Positions 54,144 to 64,000 of a stretch of 64,000 nt of DNA are shown here, piece by piece. Under the pieces are notes generated by a model. It was not told the origin of the DNA. It saw only the letters and a program-made list of their open reading frames with translations, and did no database searches. The position numbers and the translations under genes are program-made. Origin of the DNA: Phycisphaerae bacterium (GTDB lineage: Bacteria > Planctomycetota > Phycisphaerae > UBA1845 > Fen-1342). The stretch spans positions 32,001 to 96,000 of the forward strand of contig JASFQK010000007.1 in NCBI GenBank assembly GCA_050115495.1, given 5' to 3'. Every line of letters starts with the position of its first letter. Within the stretch, counting starts at the first letter, position 1.

Positions 54144-56084
54144 CTACGGGTTCGGCGGTGACATGAGCTGGGCAAACGCCACCACGTCGGGGAAATCGAT
54201 CTCGCCCGACGCGTCGAAGTCGAACCAGCAGAACCACTCCGGCGGCGTTTCCGGGTTGACGGCCACGTCGCCAAAATGCTGCTGCAACCGGGCGAAGTCC
54301 GCCAAATCAGCGTCCTCGTCGCCATCGGCGTCGCCGGTGGGCGGGCTGACGGCGTCGGACTCGTCGGCCCCCATGTCCACACGGCAGCCCTGAACTCGTG
54401 GCTGACCGTCGAGGTCCGTTTCGTCGACCTCGGGCAGGAAGTCTGGATCGCCGGCCTGGAGGCACGGCGACGTGGCCTGGATGTGGAAGTCGTCGTCGGC
54501 GCCGTCGACACCGAAGAACTGCGGATCGGCGTCGATGTTGCCCGTCAGCCACTCCAGCGTGGAGTCCGCACCAACGTACACGGCCTCTATGCCGCCCTGC
54601 GCGTCACAATACGTGACCGTGGCCAGCGACACATCCTCGGGAGACCAACAGCCCAGGTACAGCTCAGCGCCGAACACACCGGTGTCACCCCAGAGAATGC
54701 TGTTCGAGACGGCCAGCTCGCTGGAGTACGAGGCAATACCACCCCCGGCCCCGTACACGTCCGAGCAGGCGTTCATGGCGATCGTGCAGCCGAGAACGGT
54801 CGTCTGGCTTCCGTCGACATAGACGCCGCCGCCATCGACGTCAGCCGTGTTCTCGGTGATGGCGCAGTTCCGGATGTTGAGCGTGGTGCCTTCGTAGCCG
54901 AGGATCCCGCCACCGCCGGCCGCGTGGTTGTCCGCGATCGTGCAGTAGCGAATCGTGGCGACACCGTCTTCGATGTACACGCCGCCGGCACTCTGCGTCG
55001 CTTCATTGTCGATGATCGTACAGCCGGTGATCGTCACCGGCCCACCGGCCGAATACACTCCGCCGCCGCCGTCCATGAGGCTCCAGCCCCCGGTTACGAC
55101 GTTGCCCGAGATCAGGCCACCCTCGATGGTCAGCTCGCTCTCCCAGGACGCGCTCACGCCGCCCCCGCCGCAGAAGTCTTCGGCCGTGACGGTGTTGTCG
55201 GTAATCGTGCAGCCGGTAAGGCTGATCGTAGCCCACAGCCCCTCGATGCCGCCGCCGAACGCCTGGTTGCCGCTCGCGGTGTTGCCGCTGACCGTGCAGC
55301 CGGCGAGGTAGGCGGCGCAACTGGTGATCTTCAGGCCTCCGCCCGAGCTGCCGGACAATGCGGGGCTGCCCACCTCGTTGCCGCTGATGCTGCCACCGGT
55401 GGCGGTCACGCCGACCACGTCGCAGTACACACCGCCGCCGTACCCCCAATCGCCGGTGACCGCGTTGTCGGTGATCGTGCAATCGGTGAGCGTCACCTGC
55501 TCGGCGTCTTCGACGTAGCCGACACAGGCGATCCCGCCGCCGTAGTCCGTAGCGGTGTTTTCCGTGATCGTGCAATCCTCGAACATGGGGCTGCCGTTCC
55601 AGACCTGGACGCCACCGCCCTCGTCCGCCGCATTGCCGGTGATTACGCAGTGGCGCACCGTTGGGCTGGCGTTGGTGATCTTGATGCCGCCGCCCTGGTA
55701 CGCCAACCCGCTGCGAATCGTGAAGCCGTCGAGCGTGGCGGCCGCGGGCGCCGCGATCTCGAAGGTAACCACGCTGCCGGAGGCCTTGCCGTCGATGATC
55801 GTGTGGGCCACGCGGTCCGGATCGTTCGGGTCGGACGTCAGCGTGATCTCGCGTGCGGGAAAGACCAGATTCTCGATGTAGGCTCCGGCCGGCGACCCGA
55901 CCGACGACATCACCATGACGGTGTCACCATCGCCGGCGGCGTTCAGGGCTTCCTGAATCGTCGAATAGTCGCCGCCGCCGTTCCAGTCGACGACGATCAC
56001 CCCACGCTGGCCGCCGAGGGCACTGGCGGTGAGAGACAGGGACAGCACGAGCATAGACACGGACAGGGTAGTCGCGGGGCGCAT
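54144..56084 (-). CDS. Secreted right-handed parallel beta-helix protein with twin Ca-loop C-terminus
   Basis: Signal peptide; DYSTIQEAL; GGG..CTITxN repeats; VDMGADE; GDADGDED / DFDASGEID. Confidence 0.88.
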   Translation of the reverse strand: MRPATTLSVSMLVLSLSLTASALGGQRGVIVVDWNGGGDYSTIQEALNAAGDGDTVMVMSSVGSPAGAYIENLVFPAREITLTSDPNDPDRVAHTIIDGKASGSVVTFEIAAPAAATLDGFTIRSGLAYQGGGIKITNASPTVRHCVITGNAADEGGGVQVWNGSPMFEDCTITENTATDYGGGIACVGYVEDAEQVTLTDCTITDNAVTGDWGYGGGVYCDVVGVTATGGSISGNEVGSPALSGSSGGGLKITSCAAYLAGCTVSGNTASGNQAFGGGIEGLWATISLTGCTITDNTVTAEDFCGGGGVSASWESELTIEGGLISGNVVTGGWSLMDGGGGVYSAGGPVTITGCTIIDNEATQSAGGVYIEDGVATIRYCTIADNHAAGGGGILGYEGTTLNIRNCAITENTADVDGGGVYVDGSQTTVLGCTIAMNACSDVYGAGGGIASYSSELAVSNSILWGDTGVFGAELYLGCWSPEDVSLATVTYCDAQGGIEAVYVGADSTLEWLTGNIDADPQFFGVDGADDDFHIQATSPCLQAGDPDFLPEVDETDLDGQPRVQGCRVDMGADESDAVSPPTGDADGDEDADLADFARLQQHFGDVAVNPETPPEWFCWFDFDASGEIDFPDVVAFAQLMSPPNP

Positions 56085-56232
56085 CCTTCTCCCTCCTGCT
56101 GAGCGGTTTTGGGAGGCACACTCCCTTCCTATGGAAAACAAACGACGTGCGCTTCCATACAGACTACTGATTCGCCGCCGGTGGATCCAGTCAAATCTGG
56201 CATAAACGGAGACGTAGCCGTTATCCGTTCTG

Positions 56233-57690
56233 TTAGCGCGGCGGGTAGAGCGCGAAGTCCCAGATCGTCGGGCCGAGCGTGGCTTCGGTGATCACCAGGC
56301 GAACGCGACGGGCGGTCACAGGCGGGAAGGTCACGTCGACGCCCGGCCCGCCGATGGTCGTGCCCTGGTAGATAGTCCGCCAGCCGCCGTCGTCGTCAGG
56401 GACCTGCAACTCGAAGGCGCGGATCGAGTCGTTGTACTCGCTGAGCGTGGCCCGCGCGAACCGCTGCGGGCCGCCGAGATCCACCTCCAGCCACGCCGAC
56501 CGCACCTCGTCACCGGTGGCCCAGCGCGTGCCCGCCTCCGGCGTAATGTCCATATCGACCGCACGTTGCGGCCCCCAGCGGCCGTAGTCGCCGTGGTACA
56601 CGTTGGAGGCCATCACCGGCCGCCCGACCAGCAGCGAACTCTGCACGCGCTCCGGATGCTGGATCAACTCGGCGACCTCGACCAGCCGCTGCACCGTCTC
56701 CGCCGGAATGCGGCCGGTCTTGTCGGGCCAGGCGTTCAGCAGCAGGTTCGCCTTGCGGCCGACCGACCAGCGATAGAGCTCGACGAGCTGCCGGGCCGAC
56801 CGAATGTCGTCGTTCGGCCCCCAGAACCAGCGCTGCTGCCCGACCGTGTCGCACACCTCGTCGGGAATGTAGTACAGGTGGTCTTTGAAGGAGATCCACG
56901 GATTGTGCCCCATGGGCCGCGGGACGGTGCGCTCGCCGTTGTTCAGGTCCTTCGGCCAGATGGGCACTGGTGTTTCGGAGAGGACCTTGCCGATGTAGCT
57001 GGGCTTGTACTCCGCGATGGTGCTGCCGTCGACGAAGCTCTGGTTGAGCAGGACCAGGCAATCGGGCTGGAGCGATTTGCAGTGGGCGTACAGCCGTTGG
57101 AGCACGCCGGCCATGTCGGGCCCGACATCCCAGGCGATGTCGAACCACAGCTCGGTGATCGGGCCGTAGCCGGTGAGCAACTCACGGAGCTGGTCGTGCA
57201 CGAACTGCTCGTACTCAGCGGGCGTGCGCGACTGTTGGTGGACCCGATCCCAGCCGAGCGAGTAGTAGAAGCCGGGCTTCAGGTCGTGCCGGCGGCAGGC
57301 CTCCACGAACGCCTTCACCACATCGGTCTTGTCGCCGCTGGTGGCCACGGTGTAGTCCGAACAGGCGCTGGGCCACAGGGCGTGCCCGTAGTGATGCTTG
57401 ACGGTGAGCACCATGTACTTCATGCCGGCGGCCTCGGCCGTCTGCGCCCATTGCTCGACGTCGAGGTCGGTCGGGGCGTAGGCGGTACTGGGGTGCTCGA
57501 ACCGGCCGAACTGGTCGCCGACGAACGTGCTCAGGCCGTAGTGGATGAACATGCCGTAGTGCAGCTTCTCCCAGTCGCGGAGCACGGGCGTCTGCGCGGT
57601 GGCCACGCCGGGGGCACCGTCCGGCGGTTCGGCGGCCGGGGCGAAGTTCACCATCAGCAGAGCGATCACGAGGATGAAGCAGCGGCGCAT
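56233..57690 (-). CDS. Alpha-L-fucosidase (GH29) with C-terminal F5/8-type (CBM32-like) domain
   Basis: YGMFIHYG, GMKYMVLTVKHH, GFYYS, ELWFD, NLLLN..PD.TG; WLEVDLG. Confidence 0.88.
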   Translation of the reverse strand: MRRCFILVIALLMVNFAPAAEPPDGAPGVATAQTPVLRDWEKLHYGMFIHYGLSTFVGDQFGRFEHPSTAYAPTDLDVEQWAQTAEAAGMKYMVLTVKHHYGHALWPSACSDYTVATSGDKTDVVKAFVEACRRHDLKPGFYYSLGWDRVHQQSRTPAEYEQFVHDQLRELLTGYGPITELWFDIAWDVGPDMAGVLQRLYAHCKSLQPDCLVLLNQSFVDGSTIAEYKPSYIGKVLSETPVPIWPKDLNNGERTVPRPMGHNPWISFKDHLYYIPDEVCDTVGQQRWFWGPNDDIRSARQLVELYRWSVGRKANLLLNAWPDKTGRIPAETVQRLVEVAELIQHPERVQSSLLVGRPVMASNVYHGDYGRWGPQRAVDMDITPEAGTRWATGDEVRSAWLEVDLGGPQRFARATLSEYNDSIRAFELQVPDDDGGWRTIYQGTTIGGPGVDVTFPPVTARRVRLVITEATLGPTIWDFALYPPR

Positions 57691-57952
57691 GGTGGACCCT
57701 CCTGGTGCACGTGATCTCCGAGCACGGCCGACGGCGGGCGGCGACGCGATTCAGCGTGATTGTGCCCGGGGCTCGCGTCGCCGGCAAGCGGTCAGCGGAT
57801 CGACGTGGCGCGGGGGACGGAACGAAAGTGAACGGCGGCGCCGCGGGGTGCCACTAGTGGCTTGTCCACTGGTGCCGTCATCCGTTGGCCATCGACGGCC
57901 GACACGGAGAGCGGCCGCTACGTCGCGGCATACCACGCTGGCCACGGGGGGC

Positions 57953-58071
57953 GAGCTTATGAATCAACCCCGCGTGGGTCGGGTGTCCCGCCCGACATTC
58001 GTTGATTTCAAGGCAAAAGCGGCAGGCGAGACGCCTGCCCCACCCAGTGTTGGGGGTTGATTCTCAAGCTC
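57953..58071. repeat. MITE-like element with about 19-bp imperfect terminal inverted repeats
   Basis: GAGCTTATGAATCAACCCC / GGGGTTGATTCTCAAGCTC enclosing short REP-like hairpins. Confidence 0.55.
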
Positions 58072-58159
58072 GGCCGACGCCACAACGTCCGGTGCGGAGC
58101 CCGGACGCTACAGGGCGTCCCGGCATACCGGGATCGGCCGCCCATGCGACCGTCGGGGA

Positions 58160-59083
58160 CTATTCCTTGCCCTGGTAGATCGCCATGATCTTCTTGAGCA
58201 TGGTGACCGCCTCGGCCTTGGGCCGCTGGAAAGCGTTGCGGCCGATGATCGAGCCGAAGCCGCCGCCGTCGCGAATCGCGCGGGCGTCCTCGTAGACGGC
58301 GTCCGCGCCCTTCGTCGCTCCACCGGAGAAGATCACGATCCGCCGGCCGCCGAAGGCCGACTGCACCACGTGCTCCACACGCTCGGCACCGGTACCGATG
58401 GCGATCTTCTCCTTGTCGTAGACCTTCTTGGCCGCGGGCAGCTCGATGTGGGCCGTAGGCAGCTTGACCTTGACGATGTGGGCGCCAAGCTGGCAGGCGA
58501 TCTGGGCGGCGTAGGCGGCCACGTCGACCGCGGTCTCGCCTTCCTTGCTCAGGTCCTCGCCGCGGGGGTACGACCAAACGACGACCGCCAGGCCGGCGGA
58601 CTTCGCCTCTTCCGAAAGGGCCTGAAGCTGCTCGTACATCGCCGTGTTCAGGGCGGAGCCGGGGTAGATGGTGAAACCGATGGCGGCGCAGCCGAGGCGC
58701 AGGGCGTGATCGATCGAGGCGGTCACCGCCGGCATCGGATTCTTCTCGTCGTGCAGCACCTCGTGGTTGTTGACTTTGAGGATGAGGGGCAGCTCACCGG
58801 CGAACGTGCGGGCCCCGGCCTCTAGGAAGCCGAGCGGCGCAGCGTAGGCGTTGCAGCCGGCCTCAAGGGCGAGCTCGAAGTGGTAGTGCGGGTTGTAGCC
58901 GGGCGGGTTCGGGGCGAAGCTCCGCGCGGGACCATGCTCAAAGCCCTGGTCGACCGGCAGAATGACAAACATGCCCGTGTCAGCCAGCGTGCCGGTGCCC
59001 ATCATCCAGCGCAGCTTGGCCAGCGAGCCGCCGTTGTCCGCTTCGTACCAACTGAGAATCTGCTTGACACGATCCGACATCAT
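58160..59083 (-). CDS. fbaB: Class I fructose-bisphosphate aldolase (DhnA family)
   Basis: LPVDQGFEHGP, WSYPRG, GAHIVKVK, FSGG, GRNAFQR. Confidence 0.92.
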   Translation of the reverse strand: MMSDRVKQILSWYEADNGGSLAKLRWMMGTGTLADTGMFVILPVDQGFEHGPARSFAPNPPGYNPHYHFELALEAGCNAYAAPLGFLEAGARTFAGELPLILKVNNHEVLHDEKNPMPAVTASIDHALRLGCAAIGFTIYPGSALNTAMYEQLQALSEEAKSAGLAVVVWSYPRGEDLSKEGETAVDVAAYAAQIACQLGAHIVKVKLPTAHIELPAAKKVYDKEKIAIGTGAERVEHVVQSAFGGRRIVIFSGGATKGADAVYEDARAIRDGGGFGSIIGRNAFQRPKAEAVTMLKKIMAIYQGKE

Positions 59084-59430
59084 GGCTGCGACTCCATCCT
59101 GTAAGGCCGGCCTCGGCCGAACGCCCGAATACGCCCGACCGTCGGCCTTCGACGTGCCTCGATGTCCCGCTACGGTGCGGGCACACATTCCTTTGCTCGT
59201 GCATGTTTTATCGGCCTGAGGCCCGTTCGGCAACTTCGGGCCTCGTGGGAAACCACGCGAGACAGCCCCGACAGGGAGTCGGGCGAACGTTTGCGCTCGT
59301 GAAGCAATCCTCGACTCCGGGTGGGCAAGGGGCTCGCCTGTCGCTTTCTCGCTGATACCAAAGGATATCGGACGAAATGCCTGACCCACCCGAGGCGAAT
59401 TTGCGAGCTCGGAGACCGCGGCCAGCGTCG

Positions 59431-60399
59431 CTACCAGTCGCGCTCCACGGGCTTGTGCCGCGCCGCCTGCCGCCGGCGGAGCATCTCCCGCCGGGCCTTC
59501 TCGGCGTCGCGGATCTGCTGGAGGAGCCGTTCGGCCTGCTCGGGCGTGAGGTGAATGACCTGCGACGGCTGCTCTCCGGTCTGCTCCTCGCCCTCTCCCT
59601 CCTCGGGTTGCTGCTCGGGCTGGGGTTGGTTCTCGTCTCCGGCCTGCGGCTGCGAGGATGGCTGTGATTCTGGTTGCGGCTGCTGCTCGGACTGCGGTTG
59701 TGACTCGGGCGAAGATTCTTCCCGATCCTGCTCGTCCGGTTGCTGCGGCTGGGAGGTCGGCTGGGAGGTGGGTGGCGGCTGCTCTTGTTGCTGCTGATCC
59801 TGGTCCTGGTCCTGGTTCTGACCCTGATTCTGGTCCTGTTGCTGTTGCTGCTGTTCGGAAGGCTGGGTGCTGGGCTGTGACTCGGGCTGCTGCTCGCTGG
59901 CCTGTTCGAGCCGTTGCTTAAGCTGATAGGCCAGCTCCAGATTAGCCCGAACGTCCGGGAGGGTCGGATCGAGCCGGACCGCGTCGATGTATTGCGCGGT
60001 CGCCCGGTCGAGCGCATCCTGGGCCGCGGCCATGTCTTGTGCTTCGAGGGCTTTCAGCGCTTCCGCATAATCGCAATTTCCGAGGTTGTAGCGCGTGCGG
60101 GCCTCGAACGCCACATCCTCCGATGCCAGAGCCCGCACCCAATGCTCGCGGGCCTCGGCCAGATCGCCGAGCTTGAAATAAGCGGCGGCCTGGTCGTGTA
60201 GCAGCTCGGGCCAGACCTCCGTGCCGGCACCTTCCGCCGCGGCCTGGTACGCCTTCAGCGCCGCGGCATAGTCCCCCGCCGCATAGAGCTCGTTGCCCTT
60301 GGCGATCTGCTCGCGTGGCGACAGTGTTTCGTCCGCCATCACCGGCGGCGGGAGAAGCAGCCCGAGCCCGATACAGCATGCGCAAATTCCGCGCTTCAT
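59431..60399 (-). CDS. BatC-like TPR protein with Gln-rich tail
   Basis: GNELY..Y..AL, YNLGN, NLELA; Q/E/P low-complexity tail; C-terminal VERDW. Confidence 0.85.
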   Translation of the reverse strand: MKRGICACCIGLGLLLPPPVMADETLSPREQIAKGNELYAAGDYAAALKAYQAAAEGAGTEVWPELLHDQAAAYFKLGDLAEAREHWVRALASEDVAFEARTRYNLGNCDYAEALKALEAQDMAAAQDALDRATAQYIDAVRLDPTLPDVRANLELAYQLKQRLEQASEQQPESQPSTQPSEQQQQQQDQNQGQNQDQDQDQQQQEQPPPTSQPTSQPQQPDEQDREESSPESQPQSEQQPQPESQPSSQPQAGDENQPQPEQQPEEGEGEEQTGEQPSQVIHLTPEQAERLLQQIRDAEKARREMLRRRQAARHKPVERDW

Positions 60400-61487
60400 G
60401 CGGCAGCTCCTCTTTCCCGGTGGGTCTCGGCGATGGTCAGCGCCCCGTGCCGTGGCCCGTCGCGCAGCAGCGAATCGATCAGCAGCAGCCCCAGGGCGGC
60501 CAGGGCGAACAGGTGCGTCCGCGACGGCAGCGGCACCGTCTCGGCTTCGAGCCGCTCCTGGGCATCCACCGCCGGCAGCACGACGTCGCGGTAGATCTCG
60601 CCCAGGTCGAAATTACGCGTGCCGACAGGGATGAAGTTCTGGCGGCCGAAGCGGCTGAACATGCTGCCGCCGGCGACCTGGGTGACTTGCCGCAGGTCGT
60701 CGAAGTTGGCCTTGCTCCAGACCTCCTTGCCCTGGTATTCGAGGTAGCCCTCGCCGCGGGCCGTGTCGACGGGGATGCGGGCACCTTCGCGCTCGTCGCC
60801 GAGCGCTACGGCGATGATGGGCAACTGGTGGTCCTCCCACGCACCGGCGGCGGCCTGGACCGGCTCGCTGTCGTGGTCCTCGCCGTCGGTGATGAGCAGA
60901 ACGATGCGGTGGGCACCGAGCTTGTCGGGGAAGGCCTTGGCCGCCTTGCGGATCGCGTCGCCGATCAGCGTCCCGCCACGAGCGGCGCTGCGTGTGCTGA
61001 CGTCGTCGAGCGCCAGGCGAAAGAAGCCGTAGTCGTTCGTCAGCGGGCAGGTGAGCACGGCCTCGCCGGCGAACGTGATGAGCCCGATCCGATCGCCGCC
61101 GAGGGCCGGCAGCAGGTCGTCCCGGATGGAGAGCTTGGCCCGTTCGAGGCGATTCGGGGCAATGTCGCGGGCCAGCATCGAGCGCGACACGTCGAGCAGG
61201 ACCATCACGTCGATGTTCCGCCGGGCGAGTTGCTGCTCCTGCTCACCCCAGCGTGGCCCGAGCAAACCGGCGACGAGCGCCACCAGGCACGCCGTCACCA
61301 GCAGCAGCCGCAATAGCGCTCGCGGCCAGCTCACTGGCGACGTCAGGTAGCGCAGCAGGTTCGCCGCGGCGAACATCCGCATGGCCCGCCGGCGCTGCCA
61401 GATCCCGTACAGCCCCAGCAGCACGACGCCGAGGACCACCCACAGCAGGTGCAGCCAGCGGAGATCGTCGAAGACGAGGTTGTTCAC
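60396..61487 (-). CDS. BatB-like VWA protein
   Basis: LDVSRSM MIDAS, NRLERAK, PLTNDY, LITDGED; GTGA overlap with upstream stop. Confidence 0.88.
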   Translation of the reverse strand: MNNLVFDDLRWLHLLWVVLGVVLLGLYGIWQRRRAMRMFAAANLLRYLTSPVSWPRALLRLLLVTACLVALVAGLLGPRWGEQEQQLARRNIDVMVLLDVSRSMLARDIAPNRLERAKLSIRDDLLPALGGDRIGLITFAGEAVLTCPLTNDYGFFRLALDDVSTRSAARGGTLIGDAIRKAAKAFPDKLGAHRIVLLITDGEDHDSEPVQAAAGAWEDHQLPIIAVALGDEREGARIPVDTARGEGYLEYQGKEVWSKANFDDLRQVTQVAGGSMFSRFGRQNFIPVGTRNFDLGEIYRDVVLPAVDAQERLEAETVPLPSRTHLFALAALGLLLIDSLLRDGPRHGALTIAETHRERGAAA

Positions 61488-62521
61488 GGGATCTTCCTCA
61501 ACCGCGTGGCGGCCAGCACCATCTGCAAACACAGGCAAGCCATCGCCGCCATCAGCCACGGCCGGGCGAGCTCGCCGTAGCGCACGAAACGCCGCTCCTC
61601 CACGCGGGTCCGCTCCAACCGATCGATGTCGGCCATGATCTGGACCAGGGAGTCGGCATTGCGGGCGTCGTAGAACTTGCCGCCGGTCACTTCGGCGATC
61701 GCCCGCAGGTCGCGGTCATCGCTCGGCCGCATGCCGTGGAACGTGCCCGCCAGAATCGTATACACCTTGATGCCGAAGTGGGCGGCGAGCTCGCCCGCCT
61801 CTTGCGGCTTGATCTGGCTGGTCTCGTCGAAACCGTCGGTGATCAGCACGGCGATGCGGCTGGTGATCTTGAGCGTTTCGCCGGCGCCGGTCGTGCGCTC
61901 CAGGTCTTTCATGCGCTCGACGGCCAGGGCGAGGGCGTCGCCGATCGACGTGCCGCGCTCGCTGCGGTCGAGCGAAAGATGGAGCTCGCCGAGCGTGTCC
62001 GCAAGCCCGTCGTGATCGAGCGTCAGTGGACAGGCGGTGTCTGGGTAGTACGCGAAACGGATCAACCCGATGAGGTCGTTCGGCCGCCCGGGCAGCTTGC
62101 CGTCGCCCATCACGAACCGCCGAAACACGTCCTTCACCACATCCAGCCGCGTCATCCGCCGACCCGGCGGCGACAGGTCCACGTCATCCATGCTCGGCGA
62201 CGTATCGGCCACGAGCTGAATCGCGATGCCCTCGGCGTAGATCTGGCTCGATTCATCCGGCCGTTGCGGCCGGGCCGCCGCGATGATCAGGCACACGAGC
62301 GCCGCCGAGCGCAACACGGGCAGAACGCCCCGCACCCGCCGCGGCCAACGGCTGCCGGCCTCGCGCAGCGCGCCGAGATCGGAATAGCGAATACCGCGCG
62401 GTCGCCGCCACCACCACCACGCCCACAACCCCGGCACGACGGGGAGTAGCAACAGCGCCCACACCCACGGATAGGGCCACAAGAGCCACTCGGGCGTCAA
62501 CGGCAGGTGCACGTGCGTCAT
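61484..62521 (-). CDS. BatA-like VWA protein
   Basis: AAARPQ, DTSPSM, DLIGLIRF, PLTLDH, LITDG, TGGKFY. Confidence 0.88.
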   Translation of the reverse strand: MTHVHLPLTPEWLLWPYPWVWALLLLPVVPGLWAWWWWRRPRGIRYSDLGALREAGSRWPRRVRGVLPVLRSAALVCLIIAAARPQRPDESSQIYAEGIAIQLVADTSPSMDDVDLSPPGRRMTRLDVVKDVFRRFVMGDGKLPGRPNDLIGLIRFAYYPDTACPLTLDHDGLADTLGELHLSLDRSERGTSIGDALALAVERMKDLERTTGAGETLKITSRIAVLITDGFDETSQIKPQEAGELAAHFGIKVYTILAGTFHGMRPSDDRDLRAIAEVTGGKFYDARNADSLVQIMADIDRLERTRVEERRFVRYGELARPWLMAAMACLCLQMVLAATRLRKIP

Positions 62522-63579
62522 GCCGCTCGGCCCTCCGCCTCATCGCCGCCCATCGTCTGTTGCAGGTCGTGCGCCTGGGCCATGCGTTCAGCCGCCGCTG
62601 CCGTCTCTTGCACGAACGCCCGCGCCGAGCGCAGGGCCTCCGCGCCGTCCTCGGGCTGTGGCCGCAGCGCCGCGTACTTCACGATGTCGCAGCTTTCCAG
62701 GAAGGCCCGCAGCCGGTCGGCATCGTACGGCAGCGCCGAGCCGTCCCGCGCCAACGTCTGCAGGAACTCCTCCGTCGTCATATCCGGAGCCGCCAGGTCA
62801 AACTTGCGTTCGACGTACTGCCGCACTGTTTCGCTAAGCCGAAAGTAGAACTCCTGGTCCCGCTCCACACTGAGCAGGTCCTCAGCTTCCAGCACCGCCA
62901 GCATCCGCAGCGCCCATACCTCGGGCGCCACCGGCGGCACCAGCAATCCGCGCCGCCGATAGAACACCCATGCCAGCGCCAGCCCGCCGAGTACCAGCGC
63001 CACCACCACGCCGATCAGCAGCGGACGGTGTGCAGACTGCCAGGCGGTCTTCGGCGGCAGCTCTGTCCCGGTGATGTCGCGCGGCTCAGCCGGGCTGTCC
63101 TGCGACGTCAACGCTGAACGCACCTCGACCTTGAGTGGCTCAGCGGTGAGCTCGCGCTCCAACTCGGAATTGGTTCCCGGCTCCGCCGGCAGACGCCCGT
63201 ACTTCACACCCAATGGCGGCAAGGTTAGCGTGCCGGACGTCGTGCTCTCCAGAACGAACGTTCGCCGCCATTCGCGTCCACCTTCCGGCGCCGGCCGCGA
63301 ATCCGGAGCATCGGTCACATGCACGTTGAGATTGCCGAAATCCGCCGACTCGGGCAATCGCACGACGTAGTCTTCCGGTGCGATGGCCTGCACGGTGATC
63401 TCGATCGGATCGCCCAGCCAGACCTGCCGCGGCCGAGCCTCGACCGTCACCTGCAGCGGCCCCCGCTTGGCCACGTCGCGAACGACGTTCTCCTCCGATG
63501 GCGCCGGCCGCGAGCACCCTCCGGCCCACAACAGGCCGAGGACCGCGAGGCCGCAACATCGTCGCCAGGTGCCGCTCAT
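62518..63579 (-). CDS. Bat-operon associated lipoprotein/membrane protein
   Basis: Lipobox-like WAGGC; internal TM; LSETVRQYVE..TTEEFL..DIVKYA pattern typical of the gene after DUF58. Confidence 0.8.
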   Translation of the reverse strand: MSGTWRRCCGLAVLGLLWAGGCSRPAPSEENVVRDVAKRGPLQVTVEARPRQVWLGDPIEITVQAIAPEDYVVRLPESADFGNLNVHVTDAPDSRPAPEGGREWRRTFVLESTTSGTLTLPPLGVKYGRLPAEPGTNSELERELTAEPLKVEVRSALTSQDSPAEPRDITGTELPPKTAWQSAHRPLLIGVVVALVLGGLALAWVFYRRRGLLVPPVAPEVWALRMLAVLEAEDLLSVERDQEFYFRLSETVRQYVERKFDLAAPDMTTEEFLQTLARDGSALPYDADRLRAFLESCDIVKYAALRPQPEDGAEALRSARAFVQETAAAAERMAQAHDLQQTMGGDEAEGRAA

Positions 63580-64000
63580 CGCCGGCGCTCCCGGCGGCGG
63601 AAGAACTTGCGCAGCGGATCGACGAACGACTCGCCCGTCTCCACCTCGATCGCGTCCAACCGCATGCGCCGTAACTCGGTCCGCAGCGCTTCACGCCGCG
63701 CCGCTGCCTGTCCGCCGAAACGCCGGCGGAATGCGGCGGAGCTTGTATCGACCAGGAGCTGCTCGCCGGTCTCCGGGTCGAGCAGCTCGATGAACCGCAC
63801 CGGCGGCAGTGTCCGCTCGCGCTCGTCGCCGACCAGAATCGGGATGAGGTCGTGGCGATGGCGAACGACCTGGAGCTGCCGCGAAAACGACGGCGTCTGG
63901 AAATCGCTGATGAGAAAGGCCACCACGCGCCGCCGCATCACGCGGCTGAGATACTCGAGCGCCAACCCGACGTCCGTTCGGCGGCCCTGCGGCTCGTGAT
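63576..64000 (-). CDS. DUF58 family protein (5' part outside window)
   Basis: VAFLISDF, RHDL, DPETGE, FFRRRERR; position upstream of the bat genes. Confidence 0.85.
   Translation of the reverse strand, partial: HEPQGRRTDVGLALEYLSRVMRRRVVAFLISDFQTPSFSRQLQVVRHRHDLIPILVGDERERTLPPVRFIELLDPETGEQLLVDTSSAAFRRRFGGQAAARREALRTELRRMRLDAIEVETGESFVDPLRKFFRRRERRR

Noticed and set aside
59084..59430. Hairpins in the long intergenic region upstream of fbaB
   Set aside because: Only short stems (GAGGCCCG/CGGGCCTC), with no known RNA motif or clear promoter-terminator frame.
59560..59900. Gln/Pro/Glu low-complexity repeats
   Set aside because: Ordinary disordered tail of BatC-like proteins.
7710..62449. Many long ORFs antisense to real genes (e.g. 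7710-9548, 12556-15360, 17676-19295, 33546-35636, 41529-43454, 48576-50165, 54276-56102)
   Set aside because: Typical shadow ORFs of high-GC DNA: Arg/His/Val-rich, no motifs, fully overlapping well-supported genes.

Overview
High-GC bacterial DNA, most likely Planctomycetota (Phycisphaerae-like). This is inferred from a prepilin/H-X9-DG protein, a PEP-CTERM protein, twin calcium-loop C-terminal domains and CxxCGYNLRGL..CPEC proteins. From left to right: (1) a tandem array of at least eight diverged zinc-ribbon + ~6-TM membrane protein paralogs (1-7659, running off the left edge); (2) a Tat oxidoreductase / HEAT lipoprotein / PA14-DUF1080 sugar cluster; (3) a large alpha-glucan region with two secreted GH13 paralogs, glgB, glgP, malQ, a fused SBP-permease ABC system, secreted carbohydrate-binding-like proteins, PEP-CTERM and prepilin-type genes; (4) inside that region, a repeat-rich islet (27.8-31.0 kb) with an XRE regulator, a perfect sigma70 promoter, two candidate structured ncRNAs and two orphan ORFs; (5) a membrane-anchored DUF4041/GIY-YIG nuclease, a beta-helix protein, a GH29 fucosidase, fbaB and the end of a DUF58-Bat operon. 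I saw no tRNA, rRNA, CRISPR array or transposase. All calls come from reading motifs by eye; no searches were run. The best novelty candidates are the paralog array and the ncRNA-containing islet.
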